Positions 59,191 through 64,000 of a stretch of DNA of 64,000 nt are shown here, in pieces (within the stretch, counting starts at the first letter, position 1; each line of letters starts with the position of its first letter). This stretch comes from an uncultured Chloroflexia bacterium (GTDB lineage: Bacteria > Chloroflexota > Limnocylindria > Limnocylindrales > CSP1-4). The DNA lies in the NCBI GenBank assembly GCA_963743815.1, contig CAVURB010000003.1, positions 169,504-233,503 of the forward strand. The letters run 5' to 3'. The notes below the pieces were generated by a model. The model was not told the origin of the DNA, searched no databases, and was given only the letters and a program-made list of their open reading frames with translations. The position numbers were made by a program, and so were the translations under genes.

Positions 59191-59898
59191 GTGGACGTGA
59201 GCGATGCGACCCCGGTCGACCGCGCGGCGCTCGCGGCGCTGACCGCCGAGATCGTCGAGTGCCGTCGGTGCCCGCGGCTGGTCGCGTGGCGCGAGCAGGT
59301 CGCCCGCGAGAAGGTGGCCCGCTTCCGCGAGGACGACGTACTGGGGCCGGCCGCTGCCGGGGTTCGGGGACCCGGAGGCGCGGATCCTGATCCTTGGGCT
59401 GGCGCCCGCGGCCCACGGCGGGAACCGGACGGGGCGGGTCTTCACGGGCGACGCGTCGGGCGACTTCCTGTGGGCGGCGCTGCATCGGGCCGGGCTGGCG
59501 GATCGGCCGGCTCGCGCCGCGCCGACGATGGCCTGACCCTGACCGATGCCTACATCGCCGCGGCCGTCCGGTGCGCGCCGCCGGCGAACAAGCCGATCGA
59601 TCGATGAGCGCGACGCCTGCGCGCCGTTCCTCGCGTCGCGAGCTGGCGCTGCTGACGCGGGGTCCGCGTGATCCTGGCGCTTGGCGCGTTCGGGTGGGAC
59701 GCGGGGCTCCGGGCGTTGGGGGAGCTGGGGCACGCGGCGCGGCCGAGGCCGCAGTTCGGGCATGGCGCGGAGGCCGCCGTCGGGCCGTACGTGCTGCTGG
59801 GCTCGTATCACCCGTCGCAGCAGAACACCTTCACGGGCCGGCTGACGCCGCCGATGTTCGACGCGGTCGTCGGGCGGGCCCGGGAGCTGGCGGGCTAG
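59191..59898 (+). pseudogene. family-5-type (UdgB-like) uracil-DNA glycosylase with Fe-S cysteines, about 5 frame breaks
   Basis: [46 protein letters not shown] (GLAPA motif A), AVRCAPPANKP, ILALGAFGW, GSYHPSQQN (motif B). The reading must switch frames 1, 2, 1, 2, 3, 1. Confidence 0.7.
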
Positions 59899-60512
59899 GC
59901 GCCCGTCGTCGCCGCGACGCTGTTCTGCCCGCGCGAGAACCGAAGAGCAAGGGCGATCGGCACGGGCAGGTAGAACGGGAACATCCACGGCATCACCAGG
60001 AAGGCGAGCCCGATGCCGATCAGGCCGACCCAGAGCCCAGCCTTGGGCTTCGGGATGGCGAGCAGGAGACCGACGGCCGCGAGGACGAGGCCGGCGACGG
60101 CAGGGACCATGCCCTCCCACTCCCGGAAGTCCGAGGACCCGAACAGGAGACCCACGACCGCCACGCAGGTCACGATGGTTGCGGCCAGGATCGCCGCGAG
60201 TTCGAGTTTCGAGATGTGCATCGTCGTCCTCCACGGGGCGCGAGTACGGCGCCCTCGCTGCTCCATGCGCCACGCCACATCGGCTGGCATGCCTCGGATC
60301 AATCGACTCGCTCGCTGACGACCCAGGGTCGAGGCATCGCCGAGCCAGTCGGCCACGGCGGCTTCGTCCCACAGGTCCGACTCGATCTCGGCCCGGCGAT
60401 CCGCTGCGACGTCGACCGGCAGGCCTCGCGTGTACAGCCCCACCCACGCAAGGATCGTCGCGGCACCGTCGCCGAGTCTCGCGACCGGGTCAGTCACTCG
60501 ACTCGAGGTCAT
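59895..60512 (-). CDS. membrane protein coupled to PadR (HAAS-like N-terminal helical domain plus 4 TM)
   Basis: ATG 60512 overlaps the PadR stop (ATGA). The N-terminus ...YTRGLPVDVAADRRAEIESDLWDEA resembles the sensor partners found with PadR regulators. C-terminal TM cluster. Confidence 0.6.
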   Translation of the reverse strand: MTSSRVTDPVARLGDGAATILAWVGLYTRGLPVDVAADRRAEIESDLWDEAAVADWLGDASTLGRQRASRLIRGMPADVAWRMEQRGRRTRAPWRTTMHISKLELAAILAATIVTCVAVVGLLFGSSDFREWEGMVPAVAGLVLAAVGLLLAIPKPKAGLWVGLIGIGLAFLVMPWMFPFYLPVPIALALRFSRGQNSVAATTGA

Positions 60513-60866
60513 GACGATGCCGCGCCGCGATCGGCGAGCGGCTGAGGAGGGCGGATGGCCGCGGCGTCGGCCCGCGCCTGTTCGCCGGCGAGCGTGATCC
60601 GGTAGTAGCGTCGGCGCGGCCGTCCGTCCTGGGCGGCGACCTCCGGGTCCTCCCAGCGCCGATCGATCGCGCCGCCATCGGCGAGTCGGTCGAGCGCGCG
60701 GTAGAGCGTGCCGTACGCCGTCAGGCGACGATCGTCGCCGCGTGCCTGGAGCTCGGACGCGATGAGGAAGCCATGAGCCTCGCTCGGTTCCGTCGCGGCG
60801 CAGCTCGATCAGGACATCGAGGATCGCCACTTCCAACGGGATGAGGGAGCCTGCCTTGCGTCGCAT
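60509..60866 (-). CDS. PadR-family transcriptional regulator, one frame break near 60783
   Basis: PLEVAILDVLIELRRDGTE / EAHGFLIASELQARGDDRRLTAYGTLYRALDRLADGGAIDRRWEDP...GRPRRRYYRITLAGE (PadR winged helix). Confidence 0.82.
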
Positions 60867-60874
60867 CGCGAAAG

Positions 60875-60896
60875 AATGCGCAGATATCTGCGCATT
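60875..60896. promoter_or_regulatory. 22-bp perfect palindrome, candidate PadR operator
   Basis: AATGCGCAGAT|ATCTGCGCATT, 9 nt upstream of the PadR ATG. Confidence 0.6.
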
Positions 60897-60994
60897 GTCA
60901 AGTCGGGATCGCCGGACATCGCCGAGACGCTCCGGCCCGGATCGAGCGGGCCAGCGACCCGGCCGCGCGCCGCCTCTCGTAGACTTCCGTCTCG

Positions 60995-62115
60995 ATGGCC
61001 ACCACGGAACAGGACCTGTACCACGTCCTCGGGGTCGAGCGCGGCGCGAGCGATGCCGAGATCAAGCGCGCCTTCCGCAAGCTCGCCCAGCAGTGGCACC
61101 CCGACGTCAACACGGAGCCCGGCGCCCAGGAGCGGTTCAAGGAGATCAACGACGCCTACCAGATCCTCTCGGACCCGGAGCGTCGCCAGCGATACGACAT
61201 GTTCGGGCGAGCCGGGGTGGACGGTGGGGCCGGCGGTCAGGGCGGTGCCGGGTTCGAGGGCTTCGGTGGCTTCAGCGACATCTTCGATGCGTTCTTCGGC
61301 GGCGCCGCGGGCGGTGGCTCGGCCCGCCGCGGTCGGCCGCAACCCGGCGCGGACCTCCGCTACGACCTGCGGATCACGTTCGAGGAAGCGGTCAAGGGCA
61401 CCGAGAAGGAGATCGATTTCCGCGTCCTCGATCGCTGCGCGACCTGCTCCGGCACCGGAGCGAAGGAGGGCTCGCAGCCCATCACCTGCCCGCAGTGCGA
61501 GGGCCGCGGCGAGGTCCGCAGCGTCCGCCAGACGATGCTCGGCCAGATGGTCAACGTCAGCGCCTGCCCGCGCTGCCGCGGCGAGGGCAAGATCATCGAG
61601 TCGACCGTGCGACACCTGCAAGGGCGACGGCCGGACCGAGGGCAAGCGCGCGCTCCGCGTGACGATCCCCGCCGGCATCGATGAAGGCCACCAGATCCGA
61701 CTGACCAACGAAGGCGAGGTCGGGCCGCGCGGCGGTCCGCCCGGGAGCCTGTACGTCGCCGTCCATGTCGCGCCGCACCCGACGCTCAAGCGCGACGGCA
61801 CCGAGCTCTTCTACGAGGCCAAGGTCTCGATCGCCCAGGCCGCGCTCGGCACGCGGATCACGGTCCCGACGGTCGATGGTGACGAGGAGGTCGAGATCAA
61901 GCCGGGCACCCAGCCCGACACCGAGATCCGTCTCCGCGGCAAGGGTGTGCCGCACCTGCGCCGGACGGGGTCGCGCGGCGACCTGCACGTGCTCGTCGAT
62001 GTCGTCGTCCCGACCAAGCTCAGCAAGAAGCAGCGCGAGCTGCTGGAGGCGTACGCGAGCGGAGGCCGGCGAGTCGGTCGGGCACGGCGGGCTTCGCGAG
62101 AAGCTCGGGCTGTAG
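60995..62115 (+). CDS. dnaJ: molecular chaperone DnaJ, two frame breaks (about 61604 and 62057)
   Basis: J domain DLYHVLGVERGASDAEIKRAFRKLAQQWHPDVN, a G/F region, and four CxxCxGxG repeats (CATCSGTG, CPQCEGRG, CPRCRGEG, CDTCKGDG). The fourth repeat is in the next frame. The tail AEAGESVGHGGLREKLGL-stop is in a third frame. Confidence 0.93.
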
Positions 62116-63108
62116 TGGCGCCCGAGTCGGGCGGATCGACGGGCGCGGGCGTGGCCGGGACATCCGGGGCGGGCGCCGGCGCCGGGGCCTGGCTCGAACT
62201 CGCGGTCGAGGCGGACCTCGAGGCCGTCGAGGTCGTGAGCGAGATCCTGGGTCGATACGCGACCGGCGGCACGACCGTGGAGCCCGCCTTCGACCTGGTC
62301 GACGAGGGCCTCGGCGCGCGCGTGGATCCGACGCGACCGGCCGTCGTTCGCGGGTACGTGCCCGCGCGGGACGCGTCCGCGGCCGAGGCCGCCGCGGCGG
62401 ATGTCGCCGAGGCGCTCGGCCATCTCCAGGCGTTCGGCCTGCGGTCCATCGGCGAGCTGCGGACCCGGATCGTCCACGAGGAGGACTGGGCCGATGCCTG
62501 GAAGGCCTACTTCCCGGTCATGCGCATCGGCCGGCGGATCGTCATCCGGCCCACGTGGCGCCGCCATCGGCGCGCCCCCGACGACGTCGTCATCGCGATG
62601 GACCCGGGAATGGCGTTCGGGACGGGGCTCCATCCCACGACGCGCCTGTGCCTCGCGGCGCTCGAGCCGCTGGCGGATCGCGGCGAGCTCGCGGGTGCCC
62701 GGGTCCTCGACGTCGGGTGCGGCTCGGGGATCCTCGCGATCGCGGCGCTCGCGCTCGGGGCCGCGACCGCCGTCGGCGTCGATACGGATCCGATCGCCAT
62801 CGAATCGACCGGCGGCGAACGCCCGACGGAACGGTGTCGCGCGGCGGGTCCGCGCGCGTGTCGGCAGCCTGCCGAGCGGCGAGCCCGCGTTCGACGTCGT
62901 CCTCGCGAACCTGATCGCGGGCGTCCTCGTGCCGCTCGCGCCGGGTCTTGCTGCCGAGCTTCGGCCGGGTGGCGTGCTCGTGGCGAGCGGCATCTTCATC
63001 GATCGCGAGGCCGAGGTCGTCGCCGCGTTCGAGGCGGCCGGTCTGCGCGTCGGGGCGCGGACCGCGGAGGGGGAATGGGTCGCCCTGGAGGCGCGGCGGC
63101 CGGGTTGA
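62115..63108 (+). CDS. prmA: ribosomal protein L11 methyltransferase, one frame break near 62813
   Basis: [35 protein letters not shown], the SAM motif [15 protein letters not shown], then [12 protein letters not shown]...[11 protein letters not shown] in the next frame. GTG 62115 overlaps the dnaJ stop. Confidence 0.88.
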
Positions 63109-63144
63109 GTGGCGGCGGCCGCCGCGCCGGCTGGCGCTCGCCGC

Positions 63145-63265
63145 GGCAACAAGCTCCCGCCGGCAACGTCCCGCCAGCAACGTCCCGCGGCAGCGTCCCG
63201 CCGCGCAACTCCTGCAGCGTCACGTCCCAGTCCGGCCGGACTGTCCCGCGGACAACGTCCGCGCC
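63145..63265. repeat. degenerate tandem repeats of about 14 bp (GGCAACGTCCCGCC-like) downstream of prmA
   Basis: GGCAACAAGCTCCCGCC / GGCAACGTCCCGCC / AGCAACGTCCCGC / GGCAGCGTCCCGCC / GCGCAACTCCTGCA ... GGACAACGTCCGCGCC, read directly. Confidence 0.6.
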
Positions 63266-63494
63266 GAGTTCGGCCCGAACCTGGAGGCGGTCGTATGGCC
63301 AGGAGACGTCCGTCCTAGTCCGGGTCGACTAGCGACGGAACGTTGCAGGGGATTCGCGGCCTCGGAGAGCGGGCACGTTCAGCTCGCGGGGGATCGGCCG
63401 GGGGCACTGCAGGCGGGCCGCGCGACCGGGCCCGAGAGCGGGCGGCGCGGCCGTGATCCGGCCCGAACGGCCACTGCCCCTACAATCGAGCGCG

Positions 63495-63956
63495 ATGCCC
63501 GCGAACCTGTTCCCGATCCTGCTCGCCGTGCACATCACGCTCGCGATCAGCCTGTTCCTGCCGTCGATCCTGCTCCCGTTCGCCCTGCGGACCCGCCGCG
63601 CGACGGTCGAATCGGACAGCCGGGTCATCCGCGGGCTCCTGTTCGCCCAGTCGCACGGGACCGTGGTCATCGGGGCGGGCCTGGCGATCACCGGCCTGGG
63701 CCTCGTCGCCTACCTCGGTCCGGCGATGCTCCAGCAGCCGTGGCTCATCGTCGCGCTCACGATCTACTTCGTGAACCTGGGTATCGCATTCTTCATCCAG
63801 CGCCCGAACCTCCGGCGCCTCATCGGCATCAAGGCGGCCGCGGACGACAAGACCTGGAAGGAACGGGCGAAGCGGCAGCGCTACGTCTCGTACCTGATGG
63901 CCGGGCTCGTCGGGACGATCGGGTTCCTGATGAGCACGAAGCCATCGATCTGGTGA
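63495..63956 (+). CDS. DUF2269-like integral membrane protein (4 TM)
   Basis: MPANLFPILLAVHITLAISLFLPSILLPFAL... TACAAT at 63481-63486 ends 8 nt before the ATG, suggesting a leaderless or very short-leader mRNA. Confidence 0.6.
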   Translation: MPANLFPILLAVHITLAISLFLPSILLPFALRTRRATVESDSRVIRGLLFAQSHGTVVIGAGLAITGLGLVAYLGPAMLQQPWLIVALTIYFVNLGIAFFIQRPNLRRLIGIKAAADDKTWKERAKRQRYVSYLMAGLVGTIGFLMSTKPSIW

Positions 63957-63972
63957 GACGAGGAGGCGCCCG

Positions 63973-64000
63973 ATGACCGAGCCCACCGCTGCCGAACCCG
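63973..64000 (+). CDS. start of an unidentified CDS (runs off window end)
   Basis: ATG 63973 is preceded by AGGAGG at 63961-63966. Only 9 codons are visible (MTEPTAAEP). Confidence 0.4.

Noticed and set aside
55468-60994. Calling the dnaK-dnaJ insert a defined mobile element or a defence island.
   Set aside because: No integrase, transposase, target-site duplication or recognisable defence gene set is visible. Only a decayed nuclease-like gene and a repeat array are present, so I report it as an insertion of unknown origin.
62996-63223. Minus-strand 75-aa ORF with GGTLP repeats.
   Set aside because: It overlaps the prmA 3' end antisense and has only a GTG in an unlikely context. Its repeats simply mirror the 14-bp DNA repeats. 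I treat it as non-coding or a remnant.

Overview
High-GC (roughly 70%) chromosomal segment from a Gram-positive-lineage (Terrabacteria-type) organism. No rRNA, CRISPR array, transposase or integrase is visible. Most of the window is housekeeping, with a gene order like that of Firmicutes. It runs obg-nadD-rsfS, then comEA-comEC-holA on the minus strand, leuS, two tRNA-Ala, gap-pgk-eno, rpsT, and lepA-hemW-hrcA-grpE-dnaK...dnaJ-prmA with a perfect CIRCE operator. The accessory content comes in four parts. (1) An SOS mutasome, imuA'-imuB plus a translationally coupled 82-aa ORF, and dnaE2 2.7 kb further on. Each promoter carries a TAGAAC-N4-GTTCTA LexA-type box. (2) A 1185-aa membrane-anchored surface protein with a lamin-tail domain and repeated OB-like modules but no catalytic domain. 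(3) A 5.5-kb insertion splitting dnaK from dnaJ. It carries a decayed HTH/PD-(D/E)XK gene, an ABC-2 exporter, a family-5 UDG and a PadR/HAAS pair. (4) Several small lectin-like, zinc-ribbon or hydrophobic ORFs. The dominant technical feature is about 35-40 reading-frame breaks, including breaks in essential genes (leuS, eno, dnaK, grpE, hrcA, dnaJ). By my manual reading they are mostly +1 (an extra base) and cluster strongly in the dnaK-dnaJ insert. Many long ORFs in the supplied track are GC-driven antisense shadows and are not called. All product calls rest on motif recognition by eye; no database search was run.
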